A stretch of 64,000 bases of DNA from the human T2T-CHM13v2.0 reference genome, Homo sapiens, in assembly GCA_009914755.4 (NCBI GenBank), contig CP086569.2:4704001-4768000 (forward strand), in the 5' to 3' direction. The notes beneath the pieces were generated by a model. The model saw nothing but the letters and a program-made list of their open reading frames with translations. It did not search any database and was not told where the DNA came from. Shown piece after piece: positions 32,354 through 46,465 of the stretch; positions within the stretch are counted from its first letter, which is position 1; the number at the start of each line of letters is the position of its first letter. A program made the translations under genes and the position numbers.

Positions 32354-32989
32354 ATGTTTAGGGTTGGCTTCTTAATAATTTCTTCTTCCTCTTCTCTCTC
32401 TCCTCTTCTTTTGGTCAGTGTTGTGCGGGTTAATACAACAAACTGTCACAAGTGTTTGTTGTCCGGGACGTACATTTTCGCGGTCCTGCTAGTATGCGTG
32501 GTGTTCCACTCTGGCGCCCAGGAGAAAAACTACACCATCCGAGAAGAAATTCCAGAAAACGTCCTGATAGGCAACTTGTTGAAAGACCTTAACTTGTCGC
32601 TGATTCCAAACAAGTCCTTGACAACTACTATGCAGTTCAAGCTAGTGTACAAGACCGGAGATGTGCCACTGATTCGAATTGAAGAGGATACTGGTGAGAT
32701 CTTCACTACCGGCGCTCGCATTGATCGTGAGAAATTATGTGCTGGTATCCCAAGGGATGAGCATTGCTTTTATGAAGTGGAGGTTGCCATTTTGCCGGAT
32801 GAAATATTTAGACTGGTTAAGATACGTTTTCTGATAGAAGATATAAATGATAATGCACCATTGTTCCCAGCAACAGTTATCAACATATCAATTCCAGAGA
32901 ACTCGGCTATAAACTCTAAATATACTCTCCCAGCGGCTGTTGATCCTGACGTAGGCATAAACGGAGTTCAAAACTACGAACTAATTAAG
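32354..32989 (+). CDS. PCDH11Y: Protocadherin-11 N-terminal coding exon (signal peptide plus cadherin repeat EC1). This exon covers residues 1-212 of the Y-type isoform. The following coding exon is not in this window.
   Basis: The ORF (track 32342..33052) translates to [212 protein letters not shown]. It has a hydrophobic signal segment and the cadherin DxNDN(A)P motif. From memory this matches the PCDH11Y (Q9BZA8) N-terminus. PCDH11X differs at a few residues (M for I, D for N, A for T, A for V) and starts MDLL. The reading frame ends at AAG (32987-32989) directly followed by GTGCGT, a consensus 5' splice donor. The in-frame continuation VRFKITLLK...* is unrelated, so it is intron. The true ATG is at 32354 (the track's M at 32342 is a TTG). 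A possible 3' acceptor is 'aaaacag' at 32332-32338. Symbol could equally be PCDH11X if my memory of the paralogue-specific residues is wrong. Confidence 0.85.
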
Positions 32990-32995
32990 GTGCGT
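32990..32995 (+). promoter_or_regulatory. 5' splice donor (GTGCGT) ending the PCDH11 exon
   Basis: AAG|GTGCGT sits immediately after the last conserved codon (K of NYELIK). The downstream sequence is AT-rich intron-like with an in-frame stop. Confidence 0.7.
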
Positions 32996-34262
32996 TTTAA
33001 AATCACTTTGTTAAAGATATCATCTCATTTTTTAAAGAGTAAAATAAAATGATATTAATGTATTTCAAATTTTGAGTAAGCCATCACCCCAATTTTTCAA
33101 AATTTATGTAATTTAAAGCATAGTGGAGAAAATTCATCAATGCAGTTTTTGCAATTACATGTGGATTATGAATTTTCATGGTATGTATATTCATTTTCAA
33201 ACAGTTGTGTTTCCATTAATCTATAAAGGGATCAGACAAGGAGGTTAGCCCTGCTACTTACAAATCAGTAGTTTGCCCAGCTTCATTCTTTTAATCTGTC
33301 CAGTCATGCTTCTGCCAAAAACTTGATATAAGCAAATCATTAAGAATGAATCCATAAATCTGATTATCAATTTTTCCTAGTGATTACTTTAGATACACAA
33401 ATTTTATCTTGCCATTTGATATGGTGCCAAATAAATCTATTTGAGAGGTGACTAGAACAATTTAATTTATTACTAGCATTTCTGAACATATATAGATAAA
33501 TATTTTTCATGAGGATTTCAAGGTAAGGCAAGGTCTTTAGCATATCCTGAATCATCAAATTGAGATTAAATTTTAGTCAATGTTCTGTTAATGTTAAATA
33601 TTTTCTTTTTTTACAATTATTTGAAAACAGAGTGTTCATTTGTTGTAAAGGGTAAGTAAGCCTTTTAACAAAAAAGAGTCAATCAGTTAATTTGAATAAC
33701 CTATTCTGGCTTGATTTGGGTCTTAGGATGGAGAAGTTAGAGAGAAGAATAGATAGAATATTTGGTATTCTTCAAAATATGTGCAGAGGGGGCACATTTA
33801 TCAAGTTAATGATCAATTCTTTTAAATTACTTATATGTTATAAAGAGAAATAGATAACTCAGATTTGGGTATGTGAAATAGTACAATGCACTTGAATGAT
33901 CTTGGAAAATATATGTTAATGAAATAACTAATGTGCATGTTTCAGATAGATATGTTCAGGGGATTTTCACACTTTTATAAATATTCTGCCAAACTATGAT
34001 CTATATAATAACTAGTGTTAAAAATATGCCCCAAAACATATAAATAAGACATTCTGATATATATCATCTGAAGGTTTTGACCTGGAGGATATATAATATG
34101 GGAAAATTTCTCAACTAATGCTGATCTATTGTAAAGATATATTTATTTATAAATTCATTCAGGAATGGAAGGCTACAAACCTCTTGAGCAAATTTCGGTG
34201 AAATGCAGATATGTTTGAGTATATGAAGTGAAAACAGAAAGAGAAGGATTTGGAAAACAGGG

Positions 34263-34345
34263 AACTCTTGAATACTGTTGGTGGGAATGTAAATTAGTAC
34301 AACCACTAAGGAGAACAGTTTTGAGGTTCCTCAAAAAAACTAACA
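34263..34345 (+). mobile_element. Short ancient L1 (L1M-type) ORF2 3' fragment
   Basis: actgttggtgggaatgtaaattagtacaaccactaaggagaacagttttgaggttcctcaaaaaaactaa resembles the mammalian-wide L1M consensus (ACTGTTGGTGGGAATGTAAAATGGTACAGCCACTTTGGAAAACAGTTTGGCAGTTCCTCAAAAAGTTAAA). Confidence 0.6.
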
Positions 34346-34759
34346 TTTAGATGATTTTTAAGTGAGCACTTTGGGGTGAAGTTCCTGCAATGACATCTCC
34401 TTATCTGATGAAATGGAAAAATATTCAGGAGTCAGATAGATATGGATCACAGTTTTATGCTTACCTCTTACCAGACATGCTACTTTCAGCTTAATCTTTT
34501 TGACCTTTAATTTCTTCAGTCATAATATGAGGATGATAATATCACAGGGGCAGAATTGGGAAGAATAAGCACTTAGTATGGAGTAGACATACCTGCATAG
34601 AAGATTTTTGAACATGCTTTAAAACATTTAAGTACTTATAGAAATGTGAGGCTTATCACTTGACATAATAAATTGAGTAACAGAGTGGACAGTCTCTCTC
34701 TAAAGCAACACTTCACAACAGAATTTTCTGCAAGGACGGTAATCTGTGTGAGAACAATG

Positions 34760-34899
34760 CAGTAGCCACCAGTCACACGTTGCTGTAGAGTCCTTGAAAG
34801 TACTTAGTAGCTAGTGCTACTAAGGAACTAAATTCTTAATTAATTCCATTTTAATTTTAATAGCCACGTGGTTAGTGGCTATCATACTGCACAGCACAG
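34760..34899. mobile_element. Possible second, diverged and truncated copy of the palindromic MITE-like repeat
   Basis: ...gcagtagccaccagtcacacgt...aattcttaattaattccattttaattttaatagccacgtggttagtggctatcatactgcacagcacag has loose by-eye resemblance to the 6575-6712 copy (shared short motifs only; not aligned). No left inverted arm is present. Confidence 0.4.
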
Positions 34900-36272
34900 C
34901 CTAAACAAATAAAAAACGTTTATTTGGACAATAAAAATTAATAGATAAAATCAAAATGAGACCTTACCAAGTTTAAATCAGATATTAGCAATAGGGTCTC
35001 TTCAACTGACCATCTTGACAAATGTGTTGTTTTAAAACGTAGTGCTTTATTCAAAGAATAATTTTGTCATGTCTCCCTTAGGGCAGCTTAATGAACTTCC
35101 AAGAAATTTCTGATTTGTCTTGAAAGCTGCTTAACTAATTCAGATAAAACAAATAAGCCTGCTGGCATAATTTTAGCTTTGTTAAAATGTGCTTTCATTT
35201 GACATTCTTTGAAAGATTGTCAGCAAATGACAAAAAGTCTCACTACAGGTTCTTAGATGAGTCTTAGAAATGCTCTAAAATTTCTTTCTGTTTTAGAATG
35301 TGTGATAAGCCTAAAGTAACTATATGATGTGCCTAAAGTACTGAGGCATTTGTATGGCCCCGTGGACAAATACTGTTTTGACTGCTTGTTAAAAATAATG
35401 AGAATGGAACACAAAGCATAGCCCCAGGCATGCAGACAGCCATGACATGGGCGACTTTAACTGAATGCACTTTGACTCGCAAAAAGTCCCTGTCATGAAA
35501 GTGGCATATATGCTATGGGAAAGGAGACTTAAAGAAAAACAGAGAAAAGAAGCATGTGTTGATTCATCCATAAACTTTAGTAAATTTTACAATGTGAAAT
35601 AAGTAGGCCAACCATAATAATTTCTTTTAAAAATCCCTTTGTCCTGCAGAATAGGATGAGAATTTAATTAATATTAATTGGCTCTACTTTTGTTGAATAG
35701 ACAAGAATAGAAAAATCACCGTTTATCCTAACTAGGCTAATATAAAATGTATATGAATAGTTCAAATAGCAAAGGGAGAGAAGGGAGAAATATAGAGAAA
35801 AATTCTAGGAAAAAAGCTCAATTTAAATATTTAAATAGGTCAATTTATACATGAAGGTGTCCTATTTACTATTTGATATTAATTAACTGAAATTAAAGGC
35901 ATTGGTGGAAAATATTTATTAAATGTTTAAAATGTATGTAGTATAAAATTTCATAAGACTTAAAACTTAGAATATTTATTTCTAAAACTAATATATACAT
36001 ATATTAATTTAGCTTACCTTTTGATGACTTTCAGTATACCTTGGCACAAACAGGGAAAGTATTATTTCACATTTTAAATATTTGGAAAATGAGTTTCAGA
36101 GTGATAATGTATTATGCTTATCATCATATGACTGGTAAATGATAGAGGTAGGAACCAGAGTGCAGTTCCTGACTCCTAATCAACAGACAGATTGTAGATG
36201 GATAGATAACCTTCAGAGCAGGATCACTGCAAGTTCATGATACAAAACGAAAAGAGTGAAAGAAAGAAAAAA

Positions 36273-36580
<308 letters not shown>

Positions 36581-39500
36581 GGAAAAAGTGGGGGAATGAA
36601 GTGATTACCAAGTAATTCTGCTTGTTTAAAATATAAGTAAAAATAAAACTTATTTATGTGACTTTGATGCGATTAATTTTCAACTTTTTAATGGATCATG
36701 TTACTCTTTAAAGAAAAAAAATCATCTATAAGAGTTCTTGATGTTATTAATAGTTGCCACTTAAAAAAGAATCCAGATTTGAAAGCTTCTCTTTTCTCTC
36801 TTTCAAGTAAAATCATACTGCAATGCTAATTCCCTATATACATTATAGCTATTTACATACTCACACACATCGTACTACACATTGCAGTATTTGGAAGAAC
36901 TGTTGTTCAGGAGTAGGAAATCACAGATCTCTTTAACTTTCACTTTTTAATTCAGATGGCCTGTTATTTATAAAGCTTTTTAAAATATTGTAAGTATTTT
37001 TTGACAGGGAAGCCAACATTTTCACAAATAGAAACATCCCTCAAGCACCCAGTCTGACTCAGAATATGTATATAAACCACAGGGACTTCCTTCTTTTCTC
37101 ATGGTAGGAACTCAGGGGAAATTAGTTTATATAATGATGTTACGGTTATTTTTATTTTCTGCTTCAAATTTCCATCTTCCGTGGCATATATCAACAGTCA
37201 CATTTCTGTACTAGCCCAGTGACAGTGTGCTGATTGATTTCCTTAAGGCAGGCATGACAGTGTTTCAAAGGTTGACAATTTTTGTTGACAGAACATGAAG
37301 ATCAACTTTTTCTCAGATTAGTGATCCTACTCAAGGCCTTCCCTTGTTTCTACCCATCCCATAAGGCATCCTCATCTGTTCCATGAATCTCAAAAGATCA
37401 TTTAAACTGGGGTAGTCTTTTAACATAGTCAAGATGTTTGGGCCCTTGTTTTTATTTTAAGTAAACATCTTCCCCATTGATCAAAAGCTGGACTGGATTT
37501 ATGAAACTAAGGTTAGAATTAGATTTGTTTTGCGATCTGGGGTTAGAAAATCTAAATTGTGAAAAATCTCACCTACCACAAGATTTAGAAATCTTGATTT
37601 AAAATTGCCAAGAATGAGACATCAAATAATACATTGTGAAGACAAAGAGCAAGCAAACTTTGTTGTTCTGAAGAAATTAATATTTTTTAACATTATGTAA
37701 CCATAACTCAAAGTGATGTGTAACATTAGAAGTGAGTAAAGATTCATTGATGTCAGTGCAGAGAGAATATACTATAACAATGAGTATAACAATTTTAGAA
37801 AACTTACTTAGTTTATTTGCCTCCAAGAGGCTCAGAAGAGTTTGAATATAATGATTTCCTCATTTTTTCAAATATAAAATGAAGTTTCACTTAAAATTTC
37901 TCCATTTCAGCTTTAAGTTTACTTGATTTTATAGTCTCTGAATTCTATAATTTGCATATTAATATTTTTGATCTAATGTTAAAAAGCAAAAGAGATGACA
38001 ATCAAATGCTAACGACTATGAGGTTTCTGAAAGCTGGGGTTATTATCAAAGTACACTTCCACTGGGGAAAAAATGACAACATAAAACTCACTGTCTTCAT
38101 AAATGAATCTTTATTAATGCTGTCAGGTCTTAACAAATGAGAGTGTGACACTAATAGGATTAAGTAACTTTTGACTTCATTACTATTATCAGAGTCTTGG
38201 TTAGTGTTCATCGTCCACTAATGCCTTTTGTTAAATATATCTGTTATTAAAAATCCCACAGTATGGATGGACACTTATGGAACATAAGTTGGACATCGTA
38301 AATAGTTCAATTCTGGAGTTTATAAATTGAGGCTCTGAAGAACAAATGTGTTCCCAAATCTGAATGATCTACTCACATCATGCCTCTTAACTTAATATTA
38401 CCAACTAACTATAAGAAGCACCACTAAATTTTATGTTATTAGATACAGATTTATTGATCTGTTATTTCATTGTCCACTGTATCTAAGTAAAAATAAATTT
38501 GAACTTAATATTATTCTTGCCAAAGGAAATGACTTAAATCCTAAAATAAAAACATATTTTTATAAGACAAAATTAATTGGTATAGAATTATTTAATGAAA
38601 ACATGAGGTTGTATTACACAGATCTAATTGTCTTTAACAACTTTGATCAATGCTAATAATCTAAGATTATAAATATCCCAATGTGGGTAGTTTTCTTGGC
38701 ATAAATTATTCTTTTTGTCTACACTGATTTATATTGATTATATAACAACACTGCTGTGGAGACACTCTCTTAGTGAACTGAAGTGTGATCTTTCAATCTT
38801 AGATAAAATAAATTGATGGATTGGTAAGATTTCTGTATCAGAGGTGATGACACCTTGTATGAGAAGTGATGATAAAAGCAATAAGGTCATTCTGCAGAAA
38901 ACTTTCTGAGTTTGTTTGAGTTTTATCTATAAAATAATGTATCTATCTTCATGATTTTACCAGGGTATGAGTTTGGACCAGTTTTTGATGGAATTGGTCT
39001 TTAGCAAAAACTATAAAGTGCAGATGAAAACTAATTCTCACTTAAAAATCAAATACTGAAGAAATTAATATTCTCCCTTTTGTATTTATCAGTGTACAGT
39101 CATCTTCACAAAACTAATCAAGAATGAATAAATAATCTAGTAGCCTAATAGACCAAATAAATTGCTTTGACCACAAATTAAATTTTAGCCGATTGTTATT
39201 CAAGTGTCTTTCAATTTCCCAGTGCAGGTAGATGTCACTGGAGGAAGGAAAATATTGAGTCTAAGTTAATTAAATAACGCAGAACTTAATTTTCTTAATT
39301 ATTTTTGAAATGTCCTTTTTTCATTGGTCTTTTGCTTGCACAAATTATATCTTCACCAATCTATTCTACAAATAGGTAATAAAGTGTTTTATCCATAAAA
39401 TGTTAAATATCTATTACTAGAGCACTAAGGGCATCAAAATAGAATACATGTGGACACACACGTTTTAGCAATTAAAACTATAAAAATATCGCTAGTTATC

Positions 39501-40123
39501 TATTTTGTATTTCCTTTGAAATAGAAGAGGTACTTCTAGGTGAACAATCATAAGAAACCTATTGCTTATTATTTATACATTGGAAGAGTATTTAGTGGTA
39601 GCATGTTTTAATTGCTGCATGCACATATCTCTATACTTGCTGGTAAACTGAGGAAAGTAGTATAACGTCATATATAGGAAACATATTTTAAAAGACATAT
39701 TTTGCAAAGTAAGTGTGAATTTTGTTTCATTAAGCAAAACAAAGGATTTTAAAAGTTGAAAATCATAAAATGAAGTTTTGGATTTTCTAACCTAATTTAC
39801 ATTTGTCTTTGCGATCTCACTTAATCTGGAATTTTATTTTATGTAGAGTATTATCATGAATATTTCTCATCCTTTTACTTATTTTATATATAGAATTTCA
39901 TTATTTTAAGCTTCTTCAATACAATGAAGTGAAATTCTAAAGAATGAAAGGCTGTTCTATTAAATTTTGTCTAGATGTAACAATAACTGACTGCTAACTA
40001 ATATCTTAGTCTAATTCCAGTAATCTAAATTTAACACATATTTAATGAGTGCTCAATGTACAAAGTCTTGAGGGATAAAAAATGTGTTTGGAAAACAGTC
40101 AGTGTCCCCAAGGAGATTAATAA

Positions 40124-40550
<427 letters not shown>

Positions 40551-43264
40551 ATATTTATTATGTTGTAAGAACATTTTATCTTAAATTGATCATGCTGCCA
40601 TTAAGAAAATGGAATTATTTAAAGTTTTATTGTCTCAGAAAAGTTAAAATTTTATATCTATTTTTAGTAGATTTTTACCAAGCACTCTCATTAACTTATG
40701 ATATCTTATTTTGTTACTAGGTTTGCAATTATGGCAGTAATACTTTTTGCCAACATTTATCTGTACAATCATTTTGAGACTGGAAATAAAACGTTTTGAT
40801 GACAATGGTAATTCTTGTGCTAGTTGTGGTAATTACCTAAGTCTTTCTATTATCTTAATTCTCAAACTTGTTATCTGTGCCTACAATTCCTCTCCTATAT
40901 AATAGAGAAAATTAAAATTATCCTTATGTAGCATGCAGGGATATTATAAAAGCTAATGATATAAGTAAAATCTATAAAGTTTGCTGAGTACCCTGAAGAA
41001 AACTGTTCTGTAAACAATAGTTATGGGTTTTACTCTGTAGGTTGAGGTTAATTATAGTCTTTCACAATTTTTCTAAGACTTGATGCTTCATACTCCTTAA
41101 AAAGCCTATTTTACGACTTAAACTTAGTTTTCCATACATGTTTTATGTATGTATACAGAGAAAAATATGACAACATTAATCTATTTCTTGATCAGTGCCA
41201 CTGGCTCTACATTTTTTTCTGGACCTAGTTCAGTTTTTGTTTTGTTTTGTTTTGTTTTAAGTCTTCCACTTACCCTCTTTGGCTTATCTTTTGAATCAAA
41301 TGTCTCCTCTTCATTTGCCTTTGTCTCCTCGTGGCCCTCCATATGACAGTGATACTGCTAATATGAGTACTTTCTCATATACTGCCTCTACCATCTGGAA
41401 TTGCTTTATTTACATCTCATTCATATGACCTTATTTTTTTAAAAAAGATTTCCTCTCTTCTTTTCTTTTTTCAAGCTGAGAACTTATTTTCCTATCCCCT
41501 TTCTAAGACAATCACGACTGTTTTTTTTTTCCAGTAGATTTTGTAGAAGAGGTGTGTAATAACGTACTTGAACTTTTTTATTTTTAATTATTCTAAATTA
41601 AATAGGTCTTAAAATATCCTTTTTCAAGCAGAAGATTTGCTATAACAAGCCTTTCCTGGATGCTAGTATGTTTTTCTGGCTTATAAGAGAGCCAAGATAT
41701 CCTCTGAGGACAAGAGTTGTTTAGAAGAATTCATTTAAAATAGTTTGACCAGGGAAATATAGCAGAATAAACAGCCTGCATCCTAAGGACAGTGGAACAA
41801 GGGGAGCATTGCTGTCAGTAATGCAAATAACAAAGTAAATGGTTAACAGAAGAACGAAGTTGTGTTCTAGATAATCATACACTGCCTCTACGGTCTGGAT
41901 GCATGAATTCTAGAGAAACAATTTAATGGACTATAAATAAATTAAGAAGTTTAATACTTTATAGATTACTTTTAGTTGAACAGAGTGCTTTATTTAAGTC
42001 ACTGAATGATTATATGCATGAATTTTAGATTGCATATAGATATCAAAAAGCCAAAGAATATGATCATGCTTAGCTACAAGCTAATGCATATTCAATTAAC
42101 TCCCATTAAACTACCTTCAATAAATAAGTAAATATAAAATGAAGGCTACTTACATTGTTTGAATACACAATATAATAAGATTCTGATGCTGATTATTTGA
42201 TTTTGTGTTTAGTGGTTTCATACTGCTTTTGCTTGGAGGATGTAAGTATTTAACAGATCCTGTGTGTTTCAGGAGGCATTTAAATCTTTTAATTTTGCTG
42301 TGAGGAAAGTTATTCCTAAGGGATCAGTCACAGATAGCTATATTACCCCCATCAAATGCATCATTTTCCTAGATTCCAAACCCTATGTAGAAATCTCCAA
42401 GTTGAAGAAGTAACAATGACCATGCTATCAATGTTTAATCCTTTGGAAACCATAGTAATGGTATAGGAATGCACCTTTTTAACTAGAAGTACTCATGGGC
42501 CTGGAAAAGTGAAGATGACCTCATGGGGGAATGGATATATGGCCCTAAACTGGAAAATCATTGGCTGGCTTCTGTATAGGCTATTTATAGCCCATTTATT
42601 CATCTGCAGCTTTTAAGATTCTAAACATTTCTCTATAATCTATTTTCCCTATAGTTTGAGGTTAATTATACTCTGTTTATCTATATGTTTAAGATCAATT
42701 ACCTAACTGCTAAAATGAAAGCATTTTCATATAGCTAGAGCTCTCACACAGAAAACTAGTTTACGTGTAAGGTAACCAGTTTAATAAAACTGATAATCTC
42801 TTTAGCTCTTAGAAATTGGATTTTAATTATTTATCTAATAGACAAGACTTCTTAAGCTATATTTTCTACTCAAATATACTAATGGAAATGTAAGTAATTT
42901 AAAATTTTTCTCCAACTGTTTTGTGGATGTTTTGTAAACTGTAATCTCATTGTAACTATGTCTGGTGTTCTACAATCTAGACTATAAAGGTGTGAAGCAA
43001 AAAAAAAGATTTCTTTCTGAAATAATGTTTTGCATTACTATTTTACACCACAAAATAGTGACTGGCCTTATTTAGGTATTGATTAATGTAAAAAATGGCA
43101 TTTTACCCAATAACCTTCCTGTTATTACCAGGCAACTATGAAATTTAGTGACACAATTATTTTTGTTTCTTTTTTTCATCTTAAGGAACAAGTTCTTAAT
43201 TAGATTCGATACAGCTATAAGTAAACATAAACTATGTTCTTATGTAACCTCAAGAGTTATTTTA

Positions 43265-43578
<314 letters not shown>

Positions 43579-44073
43579 TTAAAGTGTCTCCATGCCTTGT
43601 TACACAGTTCATTGACAATTGTTTAATCTGTTGCTGCTAAGTTTCCTTAAATTTGTGATTATTTCAATGAGTTAGTGATAGTTTATTCACCCATATTTGT
43701 GGTGCATTGCCACAAGGAATTATTGACACTTCTTTTTACTGACAACAGCTTTTTTGTTTTGTGTTTACAGTGTGATGTTGAGAGTTTTGTTGTTTCCTCA
43801 CAAATAACTGACTGCATAACTCTATGCTTTCCTACATGGTTAGCAATTGCTATTTCATGAAAAATTGGATTTGCTTTCCTAGTTGCAGTTATCAGTCGGT
43901 GCTTCTTAAAAAGATAGCTGTTTATTTTGATGACTGCTTAGGCAATATTTATTATTAAGTATTGCTTTCTCAAATGATTTTTCACAGAGGCAGTGGACAA
44001 ATGGTTTGACCTGTACAGTGTACAGTGTACAAAGATTCATTTTGTAGCTTAAAGAATGAATTATCTTTGTGTC

Positions 44074-44076
<3 letters not shown>

Positions 44077-44117
<41 letters not shown>
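44077..44117. repeat. (TG)n microsatellite, about 20 units
   Basis: tgtgtgtg... for 41 nt, directly next to an Alu fragment. Confidence 0.95.
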
Positions 44118-44119
<2 letters not shown>

Positions 44120-44290
44120 TATAGAGACAGGGTCTCACAGTGTTACCCAGGCTGGAGTGTAGTGGCTTTGCACAGGCACAACCATGGCATGCTACAGCCT
44201 TGAACTCCTGGGCTCAATCAATTCCCCTGCCTCAGCCTCCTTAGAAGCTGAGACTACAGGCTAGCACTACCAGGCCCAGCGTTTTTTGTA
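44118..44290 (-). mobile_element. 5'-truncated Alu (right-arm monomer only)
   Basis: gagacagggtctcacagtgttacccaggctggagtgtagtggc...cctgggctcaatcaattcccctgcctcagcctccttagaagctgagactacaggctagcactaccaggcccagc. Confidence 0.75.
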
Positions 44291-45147
44291 CATTTTTTAA
44301 TCTGTATTTTATCCTCATATGAATTTTTGTTATCTATTTGCCTTGTATAATATTAGGATGGGTATATCATTTATCCTCCAAATTAAGATTAAACAGGGAC
44401 ATTAAATTAAATTAAACAGGGACAACCAGAATATATAGTCACAATATTTAAAACCCCAAATTTCTACAGTAATTCCTTCTTTTCCATTTTACATCCTTCT
44501 TCTCAAGGTCTGGTCTACCTTGAGCCAGAGAGCTGCCATCTTCTGCAAAACATCAATGGGGTCAACTATTATTTGCACAAACTTGAACTTCACTCTGTTT
44601 TAATTTAGCAGAGCGACTCTCAGGCTGACTTGGTTCTGTTGGCAAAAGACTAGCTTCTGAAGAATTGTCTAACAGCAGAAACGCTGTCATCAAGCTTGTA
44701 CATAGGGTGAATTTTTTTCTGAGCTGGCATTGTTCATCTAATGTAGTGTTTTCTAAAGCTAAATTTTACACACACACAAAAAAAACAGACATGGAAAACG
44801 GGCATAATTGCATTTAGAATTATGTTACTTTTGGACATAAGATTTCTATTTCCTTTGATACTATTCAAATAGATGAAGACTATGTCGTTTGCTTCTATGC
44901 ACTGATCCACAAAATGTAGGAGGTATTAAATGTCTTGCCAAGTTACTAAACAAGTAAAGTTTTCAGAAGCTCAATGTGTGACCGAGTTTCTCCTTTTCTA
45001 CACATATTTCCCTAAATAGCCATTTGTCTACAGGCCATTTGAGTATAGCCTGAAGACAGGATGAGATACAGAACCACTTAAGCAGCTTTCCAAAATGAGG
45101 TTTTAGATTGTAGAGCCAAAGCTCTGAGTGGTTTTTGTAAGAGAGGA

Positions 45148-45302
45148 ATTTTTTTTTTGTTTTTTTTTTTTCTTGAGACAGAGTCTCGCTGTTGCCCAGG
45201 CTGAAGTGCAATGACGCGATCTCGGCTCACTGCAGACTCCGCCCCATGGGGGTTCACTCTATTCTCCTGCCTCAGCCTCCCGAGTAGCTGGGACTACAGG
45301 CA
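45148..45302 (-). mobile_element. 5'-truncated Alu (right arm), minus strand
   Basis: Poly-T then cttgagacagagtctcgctgttgcccaggctgaagtgcaatgacgcgatctcggctcactgcagactccgcccc...ctcctgcctcagcctcccgagtagctgggactacaggcac. Confidence 0.85.
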
Positions 45303-46234
45303 CATTCTTTATGACTTTATCTCCATGGACATATTCTTCATAAATATTTAGAACAGCTTATACTGTCTTCTATTATACTGGCTTGAAGATAATTGATACC
45401 ATTGATGCAGGATCAAGTGTTGTCTCTTTGTTCATCTACATTACAAAACATGGTGTCACCAATAATCTAATTGTTTTTGTTATACTTTCCTATGTTACTG
45501 GTTTGAAGATAATCGATACCATTGATTTGGGATCAAATTTGTATTTTGCTGTTTTTCTCCATTCATCAACAGTACAAAATGTGCTGTCACCCATAATAGT
45601 TTATTTTTGCATCGTATGTTTTGGATTTCTACATTCATTTGCCTGAATTTTTCACTCAGGGTTTTGGATATTATATATTTCATATGCAGCATGTATCATT
45701 TGTTGGTGACTTAAATGCCTGTATCCTATTATAACAGAACTAATCACTTTTCTAAAGATAAGTATAAGTTTGGTCCACAAAAAAATTTCTATGTGCATTG
45801 ACTCATTGAACCTGCTACGATGAAGACTTCTACTTTACAATTCAACTATGCATATCAGGATTACTGATTTCTTTATATGACATTACTTATGAAAAGAAGT
45901 AATTTTATGAATTACTAAACACTTTCCAAGTATGTTTATTTTGAAACTTGCCTTTAATTAATAGAGATAGCTTGAATATTTAGCATAGTCCCTAATAAAA
46001 ATAATTGAATTAAATTTAAGTATCTAGTCAATAGAATTAATAGCAATTGCTATAAACCTAAATAATTATGGTGATAATAAAAATCAAGTTAAATACAAGA
46101 TGTGGTATAGGGGTTCAGTTAGCTTAATAATCTAATGTTTTACTAGTCCACATTCAATTTTAGAGTAATGATGTTGAAAATGCAAATTACTTATTATTAG
46201 GTTCCTTAACTTTACTATTTATTTGCTTTTTAGT

Positions 46235-46465
46235 TTTTTTAAAGTTTTATTTTAGGTTTAGGAGTACATGTGCAGGTTTGTTATATAGGTAAACTCCTGT
46301 CTTGGGGGTTTATTGTACAGATTAATTCATCACCCAGGTACTAAGACAGGTAAGTACCCAATAGTTATTTTTTTCTGCTCCTCTCTCTCCTCTCACCCTC
46401 CACCCTAAAGTAGGCCCAATATCTGTTGTTCCCTTCTTTGTGTCCATGAGTTATCTTTATATTAA
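46235..46465 (-). mobile_element. L1 3'-end fragment (older L1PA/L1PB-like)
   Basis: ttttaaagttttattttaggtttaggagtacatgtgcaggtttgttatataggtaaactcctgtcttgggggtttattgtacagattaattcatcacccaggtactaagac... Confidence 0.8.

Noticed and set aside
32990-33052. In-frame read-through of the PCDH11 ORF ([20 protein letters not shown]) and the TTG-initiated MLTC extension at 32342-32353
   Set aside because: The sequence after AAG|GTGCGT has no protocadherin similarity and is AT-rich intron. PCDH11 continues ...NYELIK|SQNIFGLD..., which is not encoded here. The track's M at 32342 is a TTG codon, and the first real ATG is 32354.
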